A stretch of DNA of 63,553 bases, the filler included, from Intoshia linei (taxonomy: Eukaryota; Animalia; Orthonectida): the NCBI GenBank assembly GCA_001642005.1. It is 8 parts of 8 records of this genome, joined end to end, with 100 filler letters (N's around TTAATTAATTAA, not from the genome) between each part and the next. Parts side by side here need not be neighbours in the genome. Positions count along the whole stretch, not along the records: positions 37,619 to 52,610 come from LWCA01000932.1; positions 52,711 to 57,349 come from LWCA01001935.1; 6 more parts are not named here. The stretch is one strand, 5' to 3'. Under the pieces are notes generated by a model. That model saw only the letters and a program-made list of their open reading frames with translations. It did no database searches and was not told the DNA's origin. The position numbers and the translations under genes are program-made. Below are positions 42,720 to 54,748 of the stretch, piece by piece (the first letter of the stretch is position 1; every line of letters starts with the position of its first letter).

Positions 42720-43238
42720 ATGAGAACTTTAGAAATGGACCATCGTATGCAAAGTTTGCACCAATGCCAATCAGAATGTACATCAATTGAATTGGATGAC
42801 TATATACCACCTGATTTTACAGCACCACCTTTAAATTTTAATCAACGTCCTCCGGTTGCACCGGAATCTCAATATTCTTGTGATTGGATGCCTGGAGCAC
42901 ATCTTTACAATAAATGCAGATATTCATCATCGGAAAAAGATAACCTAATCTACCACTTTTATGGTTCACACATCAGATCAAGTTTTGTTCGACATGAATA
43001 TATTTGTTATTGGTAATAAATTTGATTATAAAAATATGTAAGTATGTAAATAACACAATTATTTTTTAGGCAGAATTGTACTAAACATGGAGAAACATTA
43101 GGTGATCTATGTGAATTGATGCAACACTGTCGCATTCATACCGGAGAAAAAATATTTAAATGTGATCATTGTAATTCAAGCTTTGTCACTTGGGAGGAAT
43201 TTATAAACCACTTGACCACGTACCACGTAATTTACTAA
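42720..43238 (+). CDS. C2H2 zinc-finger protein with Zic/Gli-type tandem CW fingers (3 fingers); true 5' end may lie upstream
   Basis: YSCDWMPGAHLYNKC...LIYHFYGSHI; intron 43013-43069; YICYW|QNCTKHGETLGDLCELMQHCRIHTGEKIFKCDHCNSSFVTWEEFINHLTTYH. Confidence 0.78.
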
Positions 43239-43922
43239 CCCTTTCTATTTCTGAGTCATTATTTGAGATGCTTTAGAAATTATAAATTAAAAAATTTTTA
43301 TACTGTTTTATTTATTATTTGAAACTTTGTAAAACGTTTTGTATTACCTTTGTCTTATAAGTTGTAAAATATAAACTAAAATAGTTTAAGATGTAATTAG
43401 AATCATAGAAAAAATTAATGTTCATTTAGGAAAATGTTCGGATACCTCGAGACCATATGTATTATGAATTGAGAAATATGGATATGCGATTGTATCCATA
43501 AATAAATACATTGTTTTACATATTAAATTTTTTTATATTTATTAAAAACTATAGATGCAAAGTTCCATTTATATTCTTTGCATATTCTCATCTTTTCTTC
43601 GTCATTCTGTCTAAAGTCTTGTGATTCATACAGATCTTTGAATAATATCAATTAATCATAAAGTGCATAATTTCCCCAAAAAGTTCTGGTTATATATAGC
43701 TGATATTCCTGATGTGAATAAAAAAATAAAATAATTTAAGAAAAAATTGAAACTATGCTATCGTTAAATAAATAACATTTTCGTCTAATAAATAACTCAC
43801 GAGAGTCTCGTCTCTTACAAGTTTCTATAAATATAATTGTTGCTGGAGCACCTAGAATATAAAAATTTAATAAATAATTCGTAATACCATATAGTCACTA
43901 CCCATGAACCTATAATATAGAG

Positions 43923-44091
43923 CAGGGTGTCAATTATGGAATTTGCTCCTGCGTTATAAAAAAAATTTTACATATTTACTTATGTTTTATTATATTTTAA
44001 TTAATTAAAACTGTTAGTTTAATAATGATTTGAGTAGAGATATTTTTTTGGTCACATTTGGCCGCGTAGCAAATTGAGTCTGACATCGCTG
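43923..44091. mobile_element. Short hAT MITE
   Basis: CAGGGTGTCAA ... CTGACATCGCTG; TSD atatagag/atgtagag. Confidence 0.75.
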
Positions 44092-45481
44092 ATGTAGAGT
44101 CCACATGTGAAAGTTGCATTTTAAACGTAAAATATTATTATTTACAAGATATTGAAAAATAAAAATTTTTTAAATGCTCAGTTTGATAAGATAAGGCCTA
44201 CATTTTACAAAAATTTATTTATGGCCCTAGGACTCCATAGGCTCTAGTACGGTAGTTTCAGTTGTGGGTTGCATGATGTTTTGTACGTTATAAACATAAT
44301 CAATTTTTCTTACGGAAATGCATATTTGAAATAATGCGAAGCGCATTTAAAAAAACATTAACACGATAATGTCCACTTATTTCCAATAAAACGCTCTTAC
44401 ATAAATAAACGTACATTTAGTTTACAATTAATAAAATAAACTTCAATAATTTAAATTATATTACCAATTTTTTATGACTATGAAACATACAAGTTGTTCG
44501 TTTAAATCAGTAGCAGTTTTTGCTGCATTATCATCTGTTACCGTTCTTTTCCTCAAATTTTCACACAGTAGTAATTTTCAAATTTTAGATAAAACTTAAA
44601 ATAGCTGTAACTACACCAAAAAGAATTAAAACATTAGTAGTTGTAACTTCATCATTATCATTGGCTACCTGGTAATGACATTTAATAATTATAATAGAAT
44701 ATCAATAAATTATACAGGGGATATTGTATTGGCAAAAAATACAAATCTAGTGATTTTTATATTAACAATCAATTAAAAAACTACTGTGCTAAAGAAACTG
44801 ACGAAATTAGAAAAGCTTTTGACGAGGACAATTAAATACAGTAACTTTGTAAATATAATTGTAAATTTTAAATTTATTAATAAAATACAAATCTATAAAT
44901 TTAAGAGTTGTAATATACTTTTTTGTAATTGTTCTGCTCCAACCTGTTCCTTTTCGATCAATATTTCTTCTAATATAAATTAATTAAATTTGTAATACAA
45001 TGTTTTACAACGCATTAATCTCAATAATTATCACTTTTACTATTCAGTTAAATTTAATCTATCCTATTTATACTCAGATTCAAATGTAAAATTCTTTTTT
45101 ACAAAACCTTAAAGAAAAAATTAAATTTCATTATCCCTTATTACAGTGTTTTTCAAATACGGGTCCGCGAACCAATACCAGTCCTCGAAAAGAATTTAAA
45201 ATTGTTAATTTTAATATTTAATATTATCACTCAATAGTTTATTTATAACGTTTTATATCAAAATTTTTTTAATTGTCTAATAATTTCGATTTAATGGCCC
45301 GCAATAAATTTTATAATTTATAATTGAAAGAGGTAAAAAAGTGTGAGACCCCTTTCATATCACATATTGTGTACTTATCTACCTTATTTGTAAGTTAAAA
45401 TTGATAAAACGAATTTTTTCATGTGCATGTATTAAAATAAAAAAGAATTATATTTTTATTTTCTACATATTAAAAATATTA

Positions 45482-48331
45482 CTTTCAGTGTCAGGATTTA
45501 TTTTTTCGCAGTTTTTTCCAATCCATCCAGGTAGACATTTACAATAATATTGACTTTGTAATTCGATACAAACTCCATTATTTTTACATGTATCATCTTT
45601 ACATATTTTTAAATAAATTTCACAGTATTCTCCTTTGAAATTATCGCGACAACAACAGCCTTGATCATAGCAATATCCGCCATTGAAACAAATTGTATTT
45701 TCAGAACAATGTTTATCTAAATCTTTGGAATTTTGATAATCTGGTGTTTTAATTTCACAATTTTCTCCAGTCCAACTTTCTAAACATATTTTTTCACCAC
45801 TATTTCCGTCGCATTTATAGTGACCATCGCATGTATCACTGGGTATACAGTAAATGTCACATTTCAATCCATAGAAATTGTCTGGACAGGGTAATCGACA
45901 ACCATAATTTGCTATTTCGTAACCTTCAAGGTTACACTCACAGTCAAAATACCCATATGCTGTTATTCTACATTTTGTCATATCACATTTTTCAATATTT
46001 TGACAGAAATTTATATCATCCCTAGTGATACTGCAATGCCGACCAAAGAATCTAAATACTCTATAACTCAATGAATGTACTAAGAATACCCAAAATTGCA
46101 AATGCATTGATATGTCCCATTATTTGGTTGACATGTACCATTTATACAAGGATTATCTTTGCATACATGGTGTGAACAAAATTCTCCGTAATAATCTAGA
46201 TACATTATAAATAGTAGATTTGATGAATATACCTCCCGGACAAGCACATTTGGTATCATCTGATCTATCACTATACCTTAAACATTGTCCATTGTTTTGA
46301 CAAGGATTGAAAATAATTGTGGAAACTAAATTTACAATAAATTACTTTTTAATAGTCAATATTACTTTTTGAAATGTATTTCTCAAATATTAATCTTGAG
46401 TTCACAGGATTTAATGAGTTATCAATTCCGCAAATACGATTAAATATTTTTTGTATTTCTTTTTTCACATTCTCCGATTGCGCAAAATCTTCTAACGAGT
46501 CAAATGAAATGACTAATGATGGATCAGTTGCCAAATTTTTCCAAAATACTGGATAACCATTAGGATGTAAATCAAATATTGTACTTTTAATTACAATGAC
46601 TATTAGGTTTTGGTTCATTTTTATTATATCCGCTTCTCGGTTAGCTTTCTCAATATCATACGGTTTTTCTCCATCTGTAATTATAATCAATACATTTGGT
46701 ATTGATTCATTTAGTACTATATTTTTATGTGGGTCTGGAGAATAATCATATTTAAAATTCCCAAATATATTATATCTAGTTTCGTTCAAGGCTAAACCAA
46801 TATTCGTCTCTTCGTTTAAAAATATTACTTCTTCTATGGCTGTGCTTATCAAAATATTTTTATGATCATATTCGCTAAAGGATTTAACTATGTCTAATTT
46901 TGTACCAAATGCTGAAAGGGCCCATTGTACGGATGGCTTACGACTAGGGAGTGTCGTGACTATTTGTCGAGCTAATTGTTGATAATAACCCCAACTTTTA
47001 GAAATATCATCTCCGTATTCCTGGACACTACCTATGTATATATAATCATGTTAAATTTTTTGTATTAATTGTAAATTGTGTATAGCAGGGTCGGAATCCC
47101 ATGACCCACAGAATAATTTTGGTAGCCCTTTGAGTAAATATGTAAATTTTTCAACTTTTCATCACTTTTCTACCATAATTAGCATTTTAACTCTGAATTT
47201 TCAATCACTCTGGATATTATTTTGTTGAATATACTAGAACCGTTTCACTTCAGTTAAAATTGAAATTTATCATGTGTAAATTTTCAAAAACGGGGCCTGT
47301 AGAGTTTTTTGATAAAAAGGTTTCCGACCTCTGGTGTATAGTGCCTATATTATTATAATTTTAAAGGATACACTACAAACTTTTAATTTGAATTAATACC
47401 TGAGCTATCTATCAATAAATCAATTTGCCATCGATTACATAAAACTAAATGTTATAAAAAATAAACACAATAAAATACATTCTTGGTTGTAAAATGGACA
47501 AATCTTATCAGTTTGAGAATTGCAATTTTCACCATTCCAATTATCTAAACATATTTTGCTCCCATTTGCATCACAATTATAATGCCCACTGACATCATTA
47601 ACATCCTTGCAGTATATTTTGCATTTTGGACCGTAATAGTTATCCTGACATTTAGTTTCCATCACAAATTGCAAATGACTTGTTTCGTTTCGTAAACCAT
47701 ATGCTGCCAAAATATGATCTTCCATTGGTCTATTAAGCCAAACAAACGGGGTTAAATCAAGGAATAAATTGTCTACTACTTCGTTTTCATCTTCTATGGA
47801 GATATTTATTGATAATATTAAATCCAAATTACCATTATTAATATTAAAGACTCCAATAGTTAATATGATACTGTTCTAAATGGAATTATTAAGCTGTTAC
47901 ATAAACAGTTACCATCAATTTGAAATGCATTTTAAAGTCAATTTCCAGGTCCTCTCGGTATAGCAATTCTTTTCTAAAATCAATATAATTTAGCAATTCC
48001 TCGGTGGGTCCTAATGTGTATTGTGTTTGTTTCATGTCGTCTTTTAAAAGTCTGTTAATTTATTGTTAAATATTTGACAAAATTTTTAATTACGTATAAC
48101 TTTCAGTTAAGGCAAAGTAAAATTTAAAACGACACACATCAATATCATCACAATTACTCAATCTGCAACATTGACCGTCAGCTTTTAATCCATTTTTATT
48201 ATCGTAGTTTAACAATTTTATTCGAATTTGAATATTAGAATATTCTTCTGCAAGAGTCACAAACTAAATTATATTTTAATATATTTTGTGTCAATTACAT
48301 AAAAGGTAAATAAAAGGCACAAAGTCTTCAT
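45482..48331 (-). CDS. Notch-ligand-like secreted or membrane protein: SP-MNNL(C2)-DSL-vWA-EGFx3-DSL-EGFx2; 3' exons (possibly to ~43550) unresolved
   Basis: Exon 48299-48331 MKTLCLLFTFY + FVTLA (signal peptide); IQIRIKLLNYDNKNGLKADGQCCRLSNCDDIDVCRFKFYF (MNNL); CQDNYYGPKCKIYCKDVNDVSGHYNCDANGSKICLDNWNGENC (DSL1); IDLLIDSSGS...ETNIGLAL...PNVLIIITDG (vWA); three EGF repeats; CPDNFYGLKCDIYCIPSDTCDGHYKCDGNSGEKICLESWTGENC (DSL2); two EGF repeats. Junctions are GT-AG and in phase. Confidence 0.88.
47086..47333. mobile_element. hAT MITE in the intron that splits the vWA DSS|GS motif
   Basis: CAGGGTCGGAA ... TTCCGACCTCTG with perfect TSD gtgtatag. Confidence 0.88.
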
Positions 48332-48857
48332 TTAGAAATTTGGATAATTGAAATATATTTTTTAAATTGTTTATGATTTTATTATTAAACTAAAGTATAG
48401 AGTTATTGTTGATTTATACTCATGTGTCTAGATATCGGTATATTCCAAGAATATTATGGGTATATTTTGAATTCTTCAACGTTAACCAACGGAACGTTAT
48501 GGAAATAAAAGAATATTATTCCATGCGTGACTAAATTTTTCAATATCTATTGTGATAGAAAAATTTACTATTTAGACATCTTAGTAATCGTATATTAAAA
48601 TAATTATTTCATACTTGAGAATACACGAATCGATAAAGATTTTATGAATTATATTCTATTTTTATTCTTGTATAAATAACAGCTATGAATTTTTGTCAGT
48701 TTAATCTTGACAATTCCATCTATATATAACAAAAACATTTCAGGTTTTATAATATAGACGTTCACGTCTATGAACAGAGATTGCGAGAATCAGGTGTATA
48801 TATGGTCTAGAGAGAGACTAGGGAAATAAAATTCTAAATTAATAGGTAATGTTAGAA

Positions 48858-48909
48858 AATTTTGTATGATCAATATAACATTTATATGTTATATTGATCA
48901 TACAAAATT
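48858..48909. repeat. Perfect 24-bp inverted repeat with a 4-nt loop
   Basis: aattttgtatgatcaatataacat-ttat-atgttatattgatcatacaaaatt. Confidence 0.95.
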
Positions 48910-51900
48910 CCATGTAAATTATTCGATCGGGCACACAATATCTTGTTAATTTAAAAATGTTGGTTTAATTGTAACCTCTGTGGATCCATTAAAACAAATT
49001 TATTTTACTAAATCTTACTAAATCAACTTAAATTAAAGATTAATAAAAGGTTAAAGTGTCCCATTTTTTATATGTAGGTCTTAATGTTCATGTAACCGAG
49101 CCTCTGATAACTCTACACGGTCCTGATTTTCTACTATTTTTAATTTGCTTTATAATAGTAAATAGGTTTGATTATTTATCATTGTGATATTATAATAATT
49201 TACGTATTTGTAATAATGATTTATATAATTATAATAATTACTAACAGTACAGGAATCACATTTAAAACAATTTTCATTTATTCTTTAAAACCAAGGCCTC
49301 TTATCAATTTTTACCTGCGAACCCTTGATTAATCAACGTTACGTTAAAATTAATATGCCGTTTGCATTGAAACAAACATGCACAAAAACTAAAACTTGTT
49401 ATGTCACTCTACCAAAATATTTATCAAAATAAATATTAATAGAATAATATTCTGCGAGAAATGTCGAATCAACTTTTGATAAACGAATAATGAAATTATT
49501 ACAATAAAGGACATCTCACATTTATATAGTGAAAACTCCAACAAAGATAATGTTAAAGAACGGTTGGCATCCCTATCTAAAACCAGGAAAATATAAACAT
49601 GATTTCTTCCCAAATTTTAAGGATATTTTTAAGTATGAACAAGTGGTTCGCTTTTTCAGACACCCGAAATTCTCCGGTTCTTACCCTCCCTGCATGTTAA
49701 AATGTTTAATTGTCCATCCGTACATCATTAAATTTTTTATTTGGTTACCATCCGTACTACATTAAAAATATCATTAATTAAAAAATTAATATGGCTCTTA
49801 TTCTAAAAACGTGACCATCCAATATGCAATTAAAAAAATATTGTGGTTTATATAAAATAAGTATTATATTATGGGTAATTTTGTAAAAGGGTTAGGAAAC
49901 ACTGATTTAGAACAATATTCAATGTTATCTTGTCATATATGACAGAATGTAACAATCGCATTAGTACTAAGAGCCAAAAAATAAAATTGATAAATTTGGT
50001 GGGCTGTATTTGAAAAACTTGAAAATTTTTAGTTTATATAAAGTTGAAAACTTATCAAATATACGATATCCTAAAATGCATTTGTTCTACATATACTAAG
50101 AATATTATAATCTTTTTATGTCAAAATAATTGAGTGGACGTTAAAAAAACAAAAATTATTCAATTGTCTTAATTATTAAAAAAAGTTATGAGTGTATGAA
50201 TTGACTAAAAACTGTCAATTTGATATGATATTTATACATGTCAATTTTAAGTAACATAATTAATGGGTAATTATGTAATCATAGAGTCATTATGGAGCCA
50301 CTCGGGTGAATAAATTGACGTTACATTGTAGTTATTTCGAAATCTCAGCATGATTTATGAATGTGGTACTTGTAATATGTTAGGGTCAGAATGCCACATC
50401 AAATGAGACAAAAATTTAAGATATACATTGGTTTTTTGTGGGATGATATATTAAATTTTAAAGTTGTATTGTTTTTTTTAAATAAAAACTTATGGTAGAC
50501 TTTAGAGCGTAGTGTCATTGAAAATTAGTGAAATGTCTTAATTAATCGTGGGGTAAATACAATAAACTCAACAAAAATTATTGGAGTGTTAAATTTTCTT
50601 TAGAAATGGCACGTGGCATTGACTTTAATGATTTGAAGAGTCCAATTTAATATACATTTGCAGCGAGTCAAAACGAAACTAAATAATTGAGTTATCAAAT
50701 TAATTTAATAAATGCAATTCAAGATATCTGTCAAAAATAAATGTTGTAATCGACCATTTACCAACTGCCTGTAGTAATGTACATTACATAACAATTTATT
50801 TAAATTACTATGAAAGTGTTTGAAATTACAATAGTCAATTTATAACCACACTGGGGAATTTTGTCCCCAAGCGAATTTCTTTTGACATTAATAAGAACAA
50901 GTACATATTTGTATTGTACATTGATTATGTTAATCTGTGATTATCAATTTTTGTTACATTCACGTGTTAATTTATTTATATCTTTTCTCAATATATTTGA
51001 TAATTTCATTATCCAACTGTCGCCAAATCATTGCACTTTTAGTTGATTTAATAAATGTGTTTTTATACGCCATTAAACACTTTGATGAAATTTTAATTTT
51101 CCAAAATAGTTTTGTCAATATTTACTTTACACATTAGCAATTTGTTTTATTTTAGGTTTAATAATAGAAAATGTTTAATATTTGACATTTTTAATTTTAT
51201 TTACAAATTTTAGGGTTAAAGGTTGTTTAAATCTTAAAAAAATGTCAATTTTTAAAAATAAATTGATAAACCTCTTTAGGTGTATCGAAATGTGTAACTG
51301 TTTCAAATAATAAATATACCACATATTGATAAATTGATGCAATCAACTTTCCAACAAGGACTACATTTCATTTTACTAAATATTTGTTTATTAATTGAAT
51401 TTAAAAAAAACTAAATTATTCTAAATTCATCTCGTATAATTGATGTAGTATTGAGGTAAATATCTCAAAAATACTAAAGATTTAATTTCGACAATATGAA
51501 TGCCACACATAACTAAATATCTTTTCATTTTTTTAATTAGAATTGACCAAGAAACTTTCAAATCTTAAAACTTATCTGAGTTCCGTATTACCTAAATATG
51601 CCGTATGCCTAAATATTACAATATAAATGTAAATGTATAATGTAATTAATGATTCAAAAATTAAAAAATAATTTAATAATAGTGTAACTTGATAACTGAA
51701 AGGAATTGTTCCCAATGTATTGATTGATATCCCATTAGCGTATAACACTATTCAAAATATGTTTTGTATTAGATTTATTTCTCTCAATATACTAATTGAC
51801 TATAATTGATTTAAGGATATGAAATTACATTATATGATAAAAAAATTTATTTCCACATGATTACTTTTCTGTTTTTTAAAATAGGTAACATTTTATGTAA

Positions 51901-52718
51901 AACATAATTTACATAAAATATTTATAAAAATTATATAAATTATAAATATTATATAACTTAGAAAAAATATTGGTAATTTTTAATTTTTGTTAAGTGGTTT
52001 CATTTTGTAAAAAACTTTTACATGAATTCGGGACTAAAATACATGAACTGCAATGATAGTACCTGTATTGTCAAATATATTGCAAGTCATCATTTGAAAG
52101 ATTTAAATGTTATATCATTACCACTCAATTACACCAGGGGTTTGAAAATGTCTTTATAAATCGGATAATATAATTCATAAACATTATCAGAATATGTAAA
52201 CACAGTAATATGGTTTAAATATAAATTGTATATAATCACTGTGGAATAAGTAAAAATTATGCGAATATAATAATGATCTATACCTTGATAATTTTTAAAT
52301 CAAATTTCATACCAAAGTGGAAATATATTCTTAACAGATTTAAAAACTTAAATCGATCGATTTTTGATTAGTGTTAGAATTATCAGTAATACTGACTCAG
52401 TATATTCCCAGAGCCGTCATAAGCCACTTCGTGGTCCTGGGCTAAGCAAAGGGTCGGGCCCTTTAAAATCTCTGTTTATAAGACAGGACATACTGTTGGT
52501 TGGAGACTTAGAGTCTTATTTCATTGAGTATTAATAAAAGCATTAAAAGCATTATGTTTTAAATTGAATAATTACCAGAACTTTGATTCTTTAAACTATT
52601 TTCTTTCTAGNNNNNNNNNNNNNNNNNNNNNNNNNNNNNNNNNNNNNNNNNNNNTTAATTAATTAANNNNNNNNNNNNNNNNNNNNNNNNNNNNNNNNNN
52701 NNNNNNNNNNAAAATATA

Positions 52719-54748
52719 CCTCCAACGCGTAATTGTTAAGCTCTGGAGATATTGGAACAATTATCGCTTGTCTCGGAGATATCCAAAATGGCCTAATTGA
52801 ATAATATATTAAAAAGATTAATCAAATGGTACCATTTACCACCAGTATGTTCGCATAAAATACCAAAAAATCTTTCAATCGAGCCCAGTATAGCCCTATG
52901 CACAATAACCGGTTCATTGGTAGCATTCATGGATTCGTCACTAAACACATTTAAACTAATTTAAAAAATAAGAAACTCTAAGTATTTCAAATCAAAATTT
53001 TTAGGCTGCTGAAAATCAACTTGGATAGTGGCACATTGATGTTCTCTTTTGAGAGCATCCTTGATTTTTATATCAATCTAAAACAGAAAATTGAAAAAAT
53101 AAACAAGTAATACCTTTGGTCCATAAAAAGCACCATCTCCATGATTAAATTTCCATTTTCCACCAAAGAGATTCAATGCTTCTTCCAAATGCTAAAATTA
53201 AAATGTATAAAATACTAAAATAAACTCTTACCTTTTCAGCAGAATTCCAATCTCCAAGACTTCCCATGTATTTTTCAGGTCTAGTAGACAGTTCCATAAA
53301 AAATTCAAATTCGAAAATATCATAAACTTCTTTAACAAAATCAATACATTCATTAATTACAGATTTCAACTGATTTAAAGTGCAAAATATGTGAGCATCA
53401 TCTTGTGCAAACCTCCGAACTCGAGTAAGTCCGTGTAGAGCTCCACTAAATTCATTCCTGTGCAAAGCACCAAAATCTGCAATTTTTAAAGGCAACTCTC
53501 TCCACGATCGCATACGCGATTTAAAAATTAAACAATGTGAAGGACAGTTCATTGGTTTCATCGAAAACATTTCATTATCCACCTTAAAGGAAAACATGTT
53601 ATCGTCGTAATGCTGGTAATGACCAGAAGTTTGAAACAATTTGGTATTAAAAATATTTGGTGTAATCACTTCTTTATAATTTCGTTTCCAATAAATTTTT
53701 CGTAAAAACGAAACTAACCTATTGTATATATGAGTACCGTGGGGTAAAAAAAATGCTGATCCAGGTGAGAGATCATTAAACATAAACAATTGCTGATCAC
53801 GTCCAATAACACGATGGCTTCGTTTATCAGCTTCTTCGCGAAATTTTTTCCATTCCACCAATTCCTTGCGAGATTTAAACGAGATTCCGTATAGTCTTTG
53901 TAATTGATCTAAATTTGGATTTCCCTGCCAATAAGAGCACCCACTTTTGTATATACATATAGAACCAATCAATTTATTGTTTGGAATATGGGGTCCGCGA
54001 CAAAAATCAATAAATGTACCACAACGGTAAACTGTGGATTTACCAGTCACTTTCTCATCAATGAATTTTGTCTTGTATTTATTATAACTGAAAAGTTCTA
54101 ATAATTGTTCTTTTGATAATTCTAAACGTTCAAACGGTTGTTTCTCACGAGTAAATTGAGTGAATAATTTTTCAATTTCTGGGTAATCAGTTTGAGTAAT
54201 ATTTCTAGTTTTACTTTGAAAATCGTAGAAAAATCCATCTTTTACAGGTGGACCATGAACAACATGGGCTTGGTAAAACATTTCGACACATTCTCCCATA
54301 ATATGAGCAGATGAATGCCAAAATACATCCATAGCTTCTTCGTGGTCCATTTTTAACAATTCTAAAGAACAATCTTTTTCTAAAGGTCTCATTAAATCCC
54401 ATTTTTCTCCATCAACTTTAGATAAAATTGCACTGGACGCCAAAGATTTACTGATTTGGAGAGCAATATCCATAGGTGTAGTCAAAAATGACGTTCCATA
54501 TTTCATGGAATCGTCTGGTAATTTTACCTGTATTTCTGTCTTTGGTAATTCTTCAATTTTTTTATCATAGTCTGCTTTCCAATTATTAAATAATTCATTT
54601 CTCTTTTTTATGTAGTCTGGTTGTGTTATAATCGAGTCCATTTTAGATAATTTTCTTATTAATTTCTATTAATTAAAGTTAAATAATTGGATATAATTAC
54701 ACAATATGGTATTCGACAATTGCCACGAGATATTAATAAACGTAGCAT
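52719..54748 (-). CDS. TARS: Threonyl-tRNA synthetase (eukaryotic type), C-terminus lost at the gap; upstream mini-exon 54701-54748
   Basis: TGS domain, [60 protein letters not shown]. Later exons give [44 protein letters not shown]. Confidence 0.97.

Noticed and set aside
43430-43650. Minus-strand text DFRQNDEEKMRICKEYKWNFASIV...MDTIAYPYF resembling a Cys-loop receptor pre-TM4 segment
   Set aside because: No AG acceptor joins the pieces, the frame is closed upstream, and no ligand-binding domain is visible; likely coincidence.
46040-46100. Apparent in-frame stop or frameshift between EGF ORFs, suggesting recoding or a pseudogene
   Set aside because: A 38-nt GT-AG intron restores the frame (CICNFG|FFGRHC). 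I saw no evidence of a non-standard genetic code in the resolved exons.
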